Part shown: one piece after another, positions 33,837 to 42,361 of the stretch
Layout of the letters: each line of letters opens with the position of its first letter
Position numbering within the stretch: position 1 is the stretch's first letter
NCBI GenBank assembly: GCA_041671125.1
Contig: JBAZCA010000002.1
Location: 137,529-201,528, forward strand
Direction of reading: 5' to 3'
Length of the DNA: 64,000 nt
Source: Patescibacteria group bacterium
GTDB lineage: Bacteria; Patescibacteriota; Patescibacteriia; Patescibacteriales; JBAZCA01
The notes under the pieces: model-generated
What the model was told of the DNA's origin: nothing
The model's database searches: none
Seen by the model: the letters and a program-made list of their open reading frames with translations, nothing else
Made by a program: the position numbers and the translations under genes

Positions 33837-34790
33837 ATGGACCAAAATAAATCCGTAAACATTAGATCTAACATCCCCCTCGCGCCTTACACCACCTTTA
33901 AAATCGGCGGTCCGGCGAAATTTTTTTGCGAAGTAAAGACTAAAGCTGAACTTAAAAAAGCTATTGCTTTTGCCCGAAAAAACAAAGAAAAAATCTTTAT
34001 TATCGGTGGCGGAAGCAACCTGCTCGTAAACGACGCCGGCGTAAACGGACTAATAATTAAATTTTCTAACAACAGCGTAAAAATCGTAAAAAATATCCTG
34101 ACTGCCGGAGCCGGCGCGAGCCTGGCTGACGCGCTAAAAGCCGCTACGCTAAAGGGGCTTTCCGGACTGGAATGGACGTCCGGCATTCCGCGCGCCACGA
34201 TTGGCGGGGGAGTGAGGGGTAACGCCGGAGCCTTTGGAGCGTCAATGGGAGATTGCGTGAGCGAGATTCAGGTTTATGATTTAAAAAAAAATAAATTCAT
34301 GAAATTCACGCGCGCTGAATGTTGCTTTAAATACCGGGAAAGTATTTTTAAAGAAGAAGAAAAATATTTAATCTGGGAGGTTAAACTGGAATTAAAAAAA
34401 GACGATCCAAAAAAAATTAAAAACCAAATCATGGAAAATCTTAAATTAAGAAAAAACACTCCGGCAATACCTAGCGCCGGAAGCGCGTTTAAGAATATTC
34501 TCCTGGAAGAAATAGAAAAAGCCAATCCGGAATTAGCAAAAAGGCTTAACCGGATGGAAGCGGTAAAATTCGGAAAAGTCGGCGCCGGACTGATAATTGA
34601 CAAAATTCTTGACCTTAAAGGAAAAACAATCGGTGGCGCGAAAATATCGGAAGAGCACGGTAATTTTATAGTTAACACGGGAAAGGCTACCGCTGAAGAC
34701 ATTATAACGCTTATAAGTTTTATTAAACAGCAATGCCGGGATAAACTCGGCCTTGAGCTTCGGGAAGAAATTCAGTATCTTGGGTTTTAA
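33837..34790 (+). CDS. murB: UDP-N-acetylenolpyruvoylglucosamine reductase
   Basis: PLAPYTTFKIGGPAKFF...IIGGGSNLLV...GLSGLEW.SGIP...GG..GNAGA. Confidence 0.9.
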   Translation: MDQNKSVNIRSNIPLAPYTTFKIGGPAKFFCEVKTKAELKKAIAFARKNKEKIFIIGGGSNLLVNDAGVNGLIIKFSNNSVKIVKNILTAGAGASLADALKAATLKGLSGLEWTSGIPRATIGGGVRGNAGAFGASMGDCVSEIQVYDLKKNKFMKFTRAECCFKYRESIFKEEEKYLIWEVKLELKKDDPKKIKNQIMENLKLRKNTPAIPSAGSAFKNILLEEIEKANPELAKRLNRMEAVKFGKVGAGLIIDKILDLKGKTIGGAKISEEHGNFIVNTGKATAEDIITLISFIKQQCRDKLGLELREEIQYLGF

Positions 34791-34796
34791 ATATTT

Positions 34797-35117
34797 TTGC
34801 TACCTATGAAAATTGACCACGGCTTCCAACAGCTCGGCGACTATCTTACCGGCGCGAAAAATCCACGGAAAAAACCGCCGGCTTATGAATGGCAGGATCT
34901 CGCCCTTAGTCTGATAAAAGAACTTGGCGTGCCGGGCTTTAAAAGAAGCGCGATTTTTAAGATCGCCAAAGAGATGCCGAAAAACGCCGTTTTAAACGCC
35001 TTGAATGATACAAAAGAACTCTGCAAAACCGGAGAAAAATGGAAATATTTTTTTAAAGTCATAGATAATTATAACGCGGGAATAAAAAAAGACGCCGACC
35101 CGGCGCCGAAAGCATAA
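34797..35117 (+). CDS. Hypothetical protein
   Basis: Intact ORF with no recognisable motif. A start at 34806 (MKIDHG) is equally possible. Confidence 0.4.
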   Translation: MLPMKIDHGFQQLGDYLTGAKNPRKKPPAYEWQDLALSLIKELGVPGFKRSAIFKIAKEMPKNAVLNALNDTKELCKTGEKWKYFFKVIDNYNAGIKKDADPAPKA

Positions 35118-35138
35118 TGACAATTGCCGGACAGTCCG

Positions 35139-35927
35139 TCAGAGCTTAAATTCCATAACCATGTAGCCAATGCCAAAAGGGGACTCGTAAGACAAAAGTT
35201 CCGGACGGGCTTTTATTCCGTCCAGGATGCCGAGAAGAATGGCGGCGGATTTAAGGCCGCATTCGCAGGCTTCATGGACGAATTCAGAATCAATTTTCAA
35301 AAGCTCTTCGGTATTAAGGCCGCTTAAAAGTTCAATCACTTTTTTATCAAATTTCTTTCCTTTGGCAGAGAAACCGGCCGGCGACTCCTTACTGAGCCGA
35401 TGCGAAAGGTCGCCGGAAGCGACTACCGCGATTCGCTCGTTGGAGACAAGAATCTCCCTTTTTAAAAGCTGGCCGAATTTAAAATTGGCCGCGAGGCTTA
35501 ATCCGGAATAATAAACCGGAATTATTTTTACTTTAGGCAGATGCGGGGTTAAGAGAAAAAGCGGCACCGAAGATCCGTAATCCAGCTTGGGTTCGGTAAG
35601 CATCTGGACCGGCGCCCGGGTTTCAAGCCGCTCCCGGATTTTATGGGTAAGCACTACGTCTCCGGCAAGCGTGGCTTTAGCTGAAAAATCGCCGAAACTT
35701 TCCATGTTGGCGGTGAATTCCGGACTCTGGTTCAGGCAAAAGGAATTTTCGTAAACGCAACCATGCGGGGAAATTATAATAATCGTGTCCGGCTGGCTGG
35801 TATAAAGTTCGCCTTCCAGTTTTTTATATGCCGCGGCGGTTTTTTTCAGCTTAAGGGCGTTTTTTTTCCCGACCGAAGGGATAATCAGGGGAGGGTGGGG
35901 AACAATGGCGGAAAAAATTAAAGACAT
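35139..35927 (-). CDS. LigB-family (class III extradiol dioxygenase / Memo-like) protein
   Basis: The N-terminus AIVPHPPLIIPSVG...IIIISPHG and ...VVASGDLSH... match the LigB/AmmeMemoRadiSam-B type fold pattern. Confidence 0.6.
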   Translation of the reverse strand: MSLIFSAIVPHPPLIIPSVGKKNALKLKKTAAAYKKLEGELYTSQPDTIIIISPHGCVYENSFCLNQSPEFTANMESFGDFSAKATLAGDVVLTHKIRERLETRAPVQMLTEPKLDYGSSVPLFLLTPHLPKVKIIPVYYSGLSLAANFKFGQLLKREILVSNERIAVVASGDLSHRLSKESPAGFSAKGKKFDKKVIELLSGLNTEELLKIDSEFVHEACECGLKSAAILLGILDGIKARPELLSYESPFGIGYMVMEFKL

Positions 35928-35969
35928 ATACTCAATTTACAATTATCAATTAACAATTTACAATAAATT

Positions 35970-37466
35970 TTAAATTTGATTGTTAACGCCGGAAATTATA
36001 TCGCCTTCCGGGTATAAATTCAGCACTTTCTGCGGGACGGTTATCACGTTCGCCCATCTATATCCCATTTTTTCAAAAACTTCTCCGGAAATAAACGCCC
36101 GTTTCGCGCCGTTAGCAAGAAGATAAACACCCGGGGCCAGGGAAGACTTCATGAGTTCGCCGTCGCCGAATTTAACCGGTTCTCCGGTTAAGTATTTATC
36201 CAGCTCTTCGGGCGCGACCGGAATGGGTTTCTTGTTTTTAAATTTAGTGGCTAGAAAAATCTTATCCCAAAGCGCCTGTTTTACTCCGTCCATGACAAAA
36301 TAAATTCCGCCGGTTTTTTTATTCTGCAAAAGAGCGCCGGAGGGGTAGGTGGAGGTGGCCGTAATCGGCGCGCCTTCAATAAAAAAATTAAGGTCTTCAA
36401 AGCTCACGTCTTCAATTTCTTCCGGATTAATTCCGATTTTTCTCAATGCTTCGCCGGAAGCAAAGCCGCGTTTTGTATCATCCGCGAGGAGATAAACTGT
36501 TCCTCTAGGCGAGCGGACAAAAGAATATTGGGCAAATTTTATCGGATCACCGAGCGGATATTTATCAATATCAGAGCGGTTAACAATTATTATTTTGTTA
36601 ATGTCATAACGCGAGGTAAGCGCGCCCCGGCTCATAAAAGCCCGTCTTTTTCCGTTCTGGATTAAAAAGACTCCGGCCTCGCCTTCAGCCTGCAGGAGCG
36701 AACCGTCCGGATAGTTGATAACAAAATATCTCAGCCAAAGCTTATAAAAATTATAATTGCCGTTGTAAACGTGCGGAGTGTAATTATAGAGCGCGGCTGT
36801 CGCCTGGTTGGCCGGAGTAACTGTCATCGGCTCGTTGGAAATCGTGCCGTACGGGTTGGTAAAAGTATAAGTCTCTCCGGCCCGGTATTTATAAAGCTGG
36901 GGGCTCACTATATAATCCTTGAACTGCAGGGCGGCCGAATTTACCTGCTTGCCGAATCCCCGCCAGTATTCAAGGCATTTTGATCCGTCCGGACAGCCGT
37001 AACCGACGGCCCAATCAAGCTGGCTTTGGGTTGGCGCGGTTTCGTCTATGAGGCTCATTTCTTTTTGGAGGAGAACGAGGAGAAATTTCGGGTTAACGGT
37101 TTTTACCGGGACGCACTTTGAGCTTATTTCCGCCACGGTCGGCGCGTCGGAAAGTTTTAACGAACAGTCATAACTGTTATTAGAGGCGTCATAAATAATC
37201 TGCGCCGCGGTTTTTACTTCGCCCATCCAATTTTTACAGGAGTAGCGCGCGAGATAACTGCCTTTGGTTTCTAAAAATGCCTGAATTTCACTAAGGCTCA
37301 TGGCGTTAGTATGGAGTATTTCCGAGTCGCTGATGATATAGTTCGGGTTAAAATTGGGATCAATTACAGTCTGAGCCAGGACGAACAAAGGCCCCGCCGA
37401 AGAACCGAGCAAAAAGGCCGTAAACAAAAAAAGTAACCCTGCTTTTGATTTAAATATTTTTATCAT
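35970..37466 (-). CDS. Secreted protein with four ~55-aa internal repeats
   Basis: Signal peptide. Repeats of the type G(V/I)Y(L/F)(L/I)..G.KR.F.S.E.F...G........V....L..YP.G.PI (four copies in the C-terminal half). Confidence 0.5.
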   Translation of the reverse strand: MIKIFKSKAGLLFLFTAFLLGSSAGPLFVLAQTVIDPNFNPNYIISDSEILHTNAMSLSEIQAFLETKGSYLARYSCKNWMGEVKTAAQIIYDASNNSYDCSLKLSDAPTVAEISSKCVPVKTVNPKFLLVLLQKEMSLIDETAPTQSQLDWAVGYGCPDGSKCLEYWRGFGKQVNSAALQFKDYIVSPQLYKYRAGETYTFTNPYGTISNEPMTVTPANQATAALYNYTPHVYNGNYNFYKLWLRYFVINYPDGSLLQAEGEAGVFLIQNGKRRAFMSRGALTSRYDINKIIIVNRSDIDKYPLGDPIKFAQYSFVRSPRGTVYLLADDTKRGFASGEALRKIGINPEEIEDVSFEDLNFFIEGAPITATSTYPSGALLQNKKTGGIYFVMDGVKQALWDKIFLATKFKNKKPIPVAPEELDKYLTGEPVKFGDGELMKSSLAPGVYLLANGAKRAFISGEVFEKMGYRWANVITVPQKVLNLYPEGDIISGVNNQI

Positions 37467-37779
37467 AGGTCTATTGATTGCGTTAAAGCCATTATCAGCG
37501 TCAATTCAGCGTTTTAATCCGCGTCCCAAGCGTCATAAACAAAGATATATGGACAAAATTATTAGCTTAATGAAAAAACCGGTAAATTAGATTATTCAGC
37601 GCATCTCTATTATAGTATACGCAGGGCAGTTGTGGCAAATTACAGGCTGGACATTTGCTAATATTTGTGCTTTAATAGGGAGTCTCACTGATCCTTTAAA
37701 ACCAGCCAGCGCTTTTTTTTGGCTGAAAAGATATTCTGTCAACAACTATAATGCATTATTCAACTTGAAGGGAGAAGTT

Positions 37780-38757
37780 ATGGAAAACTTGAAAAATGCG
37801 ACTAAGGTAGCCCTGCTAGCAATTTTTATTCTTATTGTCGGGCTTTTTATTGCACTCTATATCCGTACCGGCGTGGAACACCGGCGGGTTGAAGAAAACC
37901 GGTTGTTTTCGCTTGAAACCGTCGGTCAGGTGGCCGTCGGTGTCCTCCTAGATGAGGCGGCCAGCCACCCCGAGGCGAGGTCTTGGTTCCTCGTTCCGCG
38001 ACCCTGGGCTGAGGACAGCGTTCGAAACGCCTATGAGAAGCTCTTGAACGATAAGGGCTTCGCTACACGGGAGAGCGCGAACGGCGACCGCTTCAGGGAA
38101 ACCTGGCGGTCGTTCCTGGGCAAATGCCAGGCGGACCCCGGGTTCGCCTGGGAAGTCTACCAAGCCAACCGGGCGGAAGTTATCGCCCGGGCCAAGGCCA
38201 ATCCAGCCCTCACCAAGGAGGTCGCTTTCTTCGCGGCCTACTTAGAATTCGTTTCTCACGACGGGGTTGTCCGCGATCTCGTTACTCGTATGTGGTCGCA
38301 GGATGAGGAGCGTCGGGAGGCATACCTCGCCGCTCGGGACAAAAAGCTCGCCTTCGTCCAAAATTTTGAGGGGAAGTGGAAGCAATGGAAGGACGAATCC
38401 TCCCGGGAAGACATTGACTGGACCTGGGGAGAGTTCAGCCTGGAAGAGAATCTCGGACGCCTGCGGGCCGAGGAACAGGCCGCCATAAAAGCCTGCAAAG
38501 GCATCCGCGAGGCCCAGGAGGAGGTCAAAAAATCTCTCCTCGGCTATTTGCGAATAGCCCAGCCTCGGGTTTTTGAAATCCGGGGCGTTGACCGAGCCGC
38601 GCTTGACGCCATCATCGATCACTGGCTCTCCGGGAGCCAAATCGTGAACAAAATCCTTTTGCCCGTCTACGAGGCTGAACGCCTCAGACGGGATGGGCGA
38701 TTGGACGTCGCCCGGAGCATTAGCAACGATTTGGTAAAGGCGCTAAAGACTGAATAA
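37780..38757 (+). CDS. GC-rich orphan single-pass membrane protein
   Basis: The SD AAGGGAGA precedes ATG 37780. TM helix VALLAIFILIVGLFIALYI. The remaining ~290 codons are strikingly GC-rich, and several long shadow ORFs in other frames confirm the compositional shift. Confidence 0.5.
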   Translation: MENLKNATKVALLAIFILIVGLFIALYIRTGVEHRRVEENRLFSLETVGQVAVGVLLDEAASHPEARSWFLVPRPWAEDSVRNAYEKLLNDKGFATRESANGDRFRETWRSFLGKCQADPGFAWEVYQANRAEVIARAKANPALTKEVAFFAAYLEFVSHDGVVRDLVTRMWSQDEERREAYLAARDKKLAFVQNFEGKWKQWKDESSREDIDWTWGEFSLEENLGRLRAEEQAAIKACKGIREAQEEVKKSLLGYLRIAQPRVFEIRGVDRAALDAIIDHWLSGSQIVNKILLPVYEAERLRRDGRLDVARSISNDLVKALKTE

Positions 38758-39042
38758 GCCAGAAGCTCCTCAGGACTGCCCGTCGTTAAAGGATAATATA
38801 ATCAAACCAATTCCAGCGGCGGGCATGGCTAAACCATTAAAACAACCAACAAAGGACGCTTACGATTAACAGAATGGAAACGAGACACCCATTCAGTTGA
38901 TTGCCCGCGTCCTTTTTAACTGCAAAAATTGACACCAAAAATTGACTTTTTGCCAAAAATGAGTTATTCTGGTGCTAGGTTAAATTAGCTGAATTTTAAC
39001 GATTTGGCATTTTTATTATAGCTCTTTAAATTCCATTAATTT

Positions 39043-39582
39043 CAGGGTAAACGGATAGCTACTTTGCCCCGCATTTGCGGGACAGAGAGGAAAGTCCGGA
39101 CTCCCTCCGGCGTGAGCGCTGGCGTAGCGGCAGTGGGTAATACCCACCCGCCGACGTCCCGCATTTGCGGGAATAAGACGAGGGAAAGTGCCACAGAGAC
39201 AATACTAGCCGATGCTTCGCATCGGAAATTACAAATTACAAATTCCAAAATTGCTTAAAATTTTTGGAAATTGGGATTTGGCGCTTGGAATTTCTGGCGC
39301 GGAGCACCGGTGAAAGGTGAAAAGTTATCCTATGTTTATGGTTATAAGCTTGTCCCGAATCGGCGCGAGCCGGAGGGATGGATATCCATATAACTATAAG
39401 CCAGGGATTTTTCCGGCTGGCAACAGCCGAGAACGGTAAACCCTGCCTGGAGCAAGAGCAAAGTCCGCCCTAGGCGGATAAAAAGTGGCTCGCTTGATTT
39501 CGCGGAGTAATCCGCGGGACAGATAAATGGCTATCCATCCTTCGCGAGAAGGTGGACAGAATCCGGCTTACAGTTTGCCCTG
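39043..39582 (+). ncRNA. rnpB: RNase P RNA, bacterial type A, unusually long (~540 nt)
   Basis: P1 pairing AGGGTAAAC/GTTTGCCCT. P2 GGATAGC/GCTATCC. CR-I GAGGAAAGTCCGG (39087). AGTGCCACAGAGACAA. GGTAAACCCTGCCTGGAGCAAGAGCAAA. CR-V ACAGAATCCGGCTTA (39556). Confidence 0.9.
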
Positions 39583-39602
39583 AAATTAGTGGAATTTTGA
39601 TT

Positions 39603-39641
39603 CACATAACATGTTACATGTTATGTGTTACATGTTATGTG
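39603..39641 (+). repeat. Palindrome of CACATAACATGT words directly before the sugar-transferase start codon
   Basis: CACATAACATGTTACATGTTATGTGTTACATGTTATGTG. Confidence 0.6.
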
Positions 39642-39644
39642 TTT

Positions 39645-41081
39645 ATGAAACGCTCCGAACTCATATTTTCATTCCTCCTTGTCCCGCTTGATTTTCTAAT
39701 GATCATCGCCGCCGGCCTTTCGGCTTACTCCATCCGGTACGCCGAGTTCTTTACGGAAATCAGGCCGGTTATTTTTAATCTGCCTTTTGATAAGTACTTG
39801 CGGGTCATGACGCCAATCGCTTTGGCCTGGATTGTCATTTTCGCTTTGGCCGGGCTTTACCGGATAAAAGGCAAAAGGGGATTTGGGAAGGAATTTTACC
39901 GGATAATCCTTGCCTGCTCAACCGGCTTTATGCTGATCGTATTTTTAATTTTTTTCCGCCGGGAGCTTTTTGACTCCCGTTTTATTGTTTTAGCCGGCTG
40001 GATTTTTTCCATTGTTTATATCACGCTCGCCCGGAAAATCGTCCGCGCGGCTCAGAATTTTCTCTACCGCTTCGGCATCGGCGCCCATAATCTCGTCATA
40101 ATCGGCGCCGCGAAAACAACGGACATCCTGGCTGATGAATTTTCTTCCGATAAAAAATCCGGTTACGCCGTTGTTGCCCGCTTCCGGGGCTTTGGCGAAA
40201 AAGAAGCCGCGGCGCTGAAAGAATTATTAAAAAAAAATGGGGTTGACGAAATAATCCAGGGCGACCCGAACTTAGAAAAAGACGAAGTCATCCGACTCTA
40301 TGATTTCGCCGGCGAGCACCACCTAACCTTTAAATACGCCGCTGATCTCTTAGGCGCCAAAGTCTTAAAAACCGAAGTAACGGACATCTCCGGGATTCCG
40401 GTCGTTGAAGTCGTAAAGACCCCTTTGGAAGGCTGGGGTCGGATCGTGAAGCGAACTTTTGACATAGTTTTGACGATTTTTTTATTAATCATTTTAAGCC
40501 CGCTTTTTCTCCTTATTGCCATAATTATAAAGTTTGATTCCCGCGGCCCGGTATTTTATCTTGATTACCGCTCCGGCCAATACGGCCATAAATTCCTTTT
40601 CTATAAATTCCGCTCCATGCGGGCCGATCTCTGCGATGGCGAAGGGCCGACCGCAACATGCGAAGGCAACGAATATTTAAATAAACTCATAAACGACCCG
40701 GAGCGCAACACCCGGCAAGAAGGCCCGCTCCATAAAATAAAAGACGACCCTCGCGTTACCCGGACCGGAAAATTCTTAAGGCGCTGGAGCCTTGACGAAC
40801 TGCCCCAATTTTTTAACGTCCTCATTGGCGATATAAGCCTTGTCGGGCCGCGTTGCCACATGACACTGGAAACCGCGAAGTATGAATCCCGGCACAAATA
40901 TATTTTAGCCATCAAGCCGGGAATTACCGGTTTGGCTCAGATCTCCGGCCGGAGCGACCTCTTCTTTGAGGATGAGATTAAGCTGGACGCTTATTATATT
41001 GAAAACTGGTCATTGTCTTTAGACCTTTCAATACTTTTCAGGACGCCGCTGGCAATAATAAGGCCGCGGAAAGCGGAATGA
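39645..41081 (+). CDS. Undecaprenyl-phosphate sugar phosphotransferase (WbaP/exopolysaccharide priming enzyme family)
   Basis: N-terminal TM bundle and a C-terminal bacterial sugar transferase domain (KRTFDIV...GPVFY...KFRSM...DELPQFFNVLIGDISLVGPR). The ORF-track start at 39552 lies within rnpB. Confidence 0.9.
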   Translation: MKRSELIFSFLLVPLDFLMIIAAGLSAYSIRYAEFFTEIRPVIFNLPFDKYLRVMTPIALAWIVIFALAGLYRIKGKRGFGKEFYRIILACSTGFMLIVFLIFFRRELFDSRFIVLAGWIFSIVYITLARKIVRAAQNFLYRFGIGAHNLVIIGAAKTTDILADEFSSDKKSGYAVVARFRGFGEKEAAALKELLKKNGVDEIIQGDPNLEKDEVIRLYDFAGEHHLTFKYAADLLGAKVLKTEVTDISGIPVVEVVKTPLEGWGRIVKRTFDIVLTIFLLIILSPLFLLIAIIIKFDSRGPVFYLDYRSGQYGHKFLFYKFRSMRADLCDGEGPTATCEGNEYLNKLINDPERNTRQEGPLHKIKDDPRVTRTGKFLRRWSLDELPQFFNVLIGDISLVGPRCHMTLETAKYESRHKYILAIKPGITGLAQISGRSDLFFEDEIKLDAYYIENWSLSLDLSILFRTPLAIIRPRKAE

Positions 41082-41120
41082 ATTACGACATAACATATTT
41101 TATGTTCCATGTTTCATACT

Positions 41121-42314
41121 ATGAAAGTCGCCTTAATCCACGACCATCTCGCCCAGGACGGCGGGGCGGAAAAAGTTTTAAAAAGCCTTTCGGAAATTTA
41201 TCCGGACGCGCCGATTTATACTTTGCTTTACAATAAAAAAAACGTCGCGAAGTATTATCCCGGCCGCAAAATAGAAGCTTCCATAATCCAGAAAATGCCC
41301 GGCGGAATAAAACACTACCGGTGGTACATGCCGTTCATGCCCATGGCCATAGAATTTTTTGATTTGCGCGGCTATGACGTCGTTATCTCCGATACGGCTT
41401 CGTTCGCCAAAGGAGTCATCACTTCGCCTGATACTTTACATATCTGCTACTGCCATACGCCGACCCGCTACCTCTGGAGCGATACTCACCAGTATATTAA
41501 CGAACTCCGCTACAACAAATTTTTTAAAAAAATCATTTCCATGGTTTTAAATTACGTCCGGATGTGGGATAGGCTGGCCGCCGACCGGGTTGACGTTTTT
41601 ATCGCCAATTCCAAAGTCGTCCAAAAACGGATAAAAAAATATTACAGCCGCGAGTCGGACGTAATTTATCCGCCGACGGAAATAAAAAAATTCCATGTCG
41701 CCGATTTAGAAACAGGCAACAAAAAAAGCGGCTATTTTCTCTGCGGCTGCCGGTTAGTTCCTTACAAAAGAATTGATATTGTTATAGAAGCGTTTAAAAA
41801 ATTAAACTCCTCTAACCCGAATTTACAGCCGGACGCCCTGAAAGCTGAGCGTCAGAGCGAAAGTGAAACCGGACAATACAAACTAAAAATTTTCGGCGAC
41901 GGCATTGATTTGCCGCGCTTAAAGGAAATCGCCGGCGGCGCGCCGAATATAGAATTCCTCGGCCGGGTGTCGGACGAAGAGCGAGCCAGTCTTTATGCCG
42001 AATGCCAGGCGTTTATTAATCCGCAGGCCGAAGATTTCGGGATTACGATCATGGAAGCGTTCGCTTCTGGCCGACCGGCCATCGCCTTAAAGAGCGGCGG
42101 CGCTTGCGAGACAATCATAGAAGGAAAATGCGGAGAATTTTTTAATGAGGAAACGCCCGAAGCTATAATGAAGGCCGTAAAAAATTTCCGGCCGGAAAAA
42201 TACGATCCGAAGGAAATCCGGGCCCACGCGGAAAAATTTTCCGAAGAGAAGTTTAAAAAAGAAATAAAAGAATTCGTTGATAAGGAATATAAAAAATTTA
42301 TAAGCAACTATTAA
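41121..42314 (+). CDS. Glycosyltransferase family 4 (GT-B, group 1)
   Basis: MKVALIHD...GGAEKV; C-terminal EDFGITIMEAFASGRPAIALKSGGACE (E-x7-E region). Confidence 0.85.
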   Translation: MKVALIHDHLAQDGGAEKVLKSLSEIYPDAPIYTLLYNKKNVAKYYPGRKIEASIIQKMPGGIKHYRWYMPFMPMAIEFFDLRGYDVVISDTASFAKGVITSPDTLHICYCHTPTRYLWSDTHQYINELRYNKFFKKIISMVLNYVRMWDRLAADRVDVFIANSKVVQKRIKKYYSRESDVIYPPTEIKKFHVADLETGNKKSGYFLCGCRLVPYKRIDIVIEAFKKLNSSNPNLQPDALKAERQSESETGQYKLKIFGDGIDLPRLKEIAGGAPNIEFLGRVSDEERASLYAECQAFINPQAEDFGITIMEAFASGRPAIALKSGGACETIIEGKCGEFFNEETPEAIMKAVKNFRPEKYDPKEIRAHAEKFSEEKFKKEIKEFVDKEYKKFISNY

Positions 42315-42361
42315 AGTATAAACCGCTAAATCTTTATTAACGATAAAAATATTAATACAAT

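Noticed and set aside
38124-38640. Cluster of overlapping ORFs in several frames on both strands
   Set aside because: They are an artefact of the high GC content of the 37780-38757 gene, where stop codons are rare in all frames. Only the frame with an SD, a start and a TM helix is retained.
39004-39032. Promoter for rnpB (TTGGCA-17-TAAATT)
   Set aside because: The spacing is right but both hexamers are weak, and the region is so AT-rich that several alternatives exist. It is not reported as a feature.
39042-39644. ORFs 39042-39248 (-) and 39064-39258 (+), and the first 31 codons of ORF 39552
   Set aside because: All lie inside the RNase P RNA gene, whose conserved elements explain the sequence. 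The sugar-transferase start was moved to 39645.
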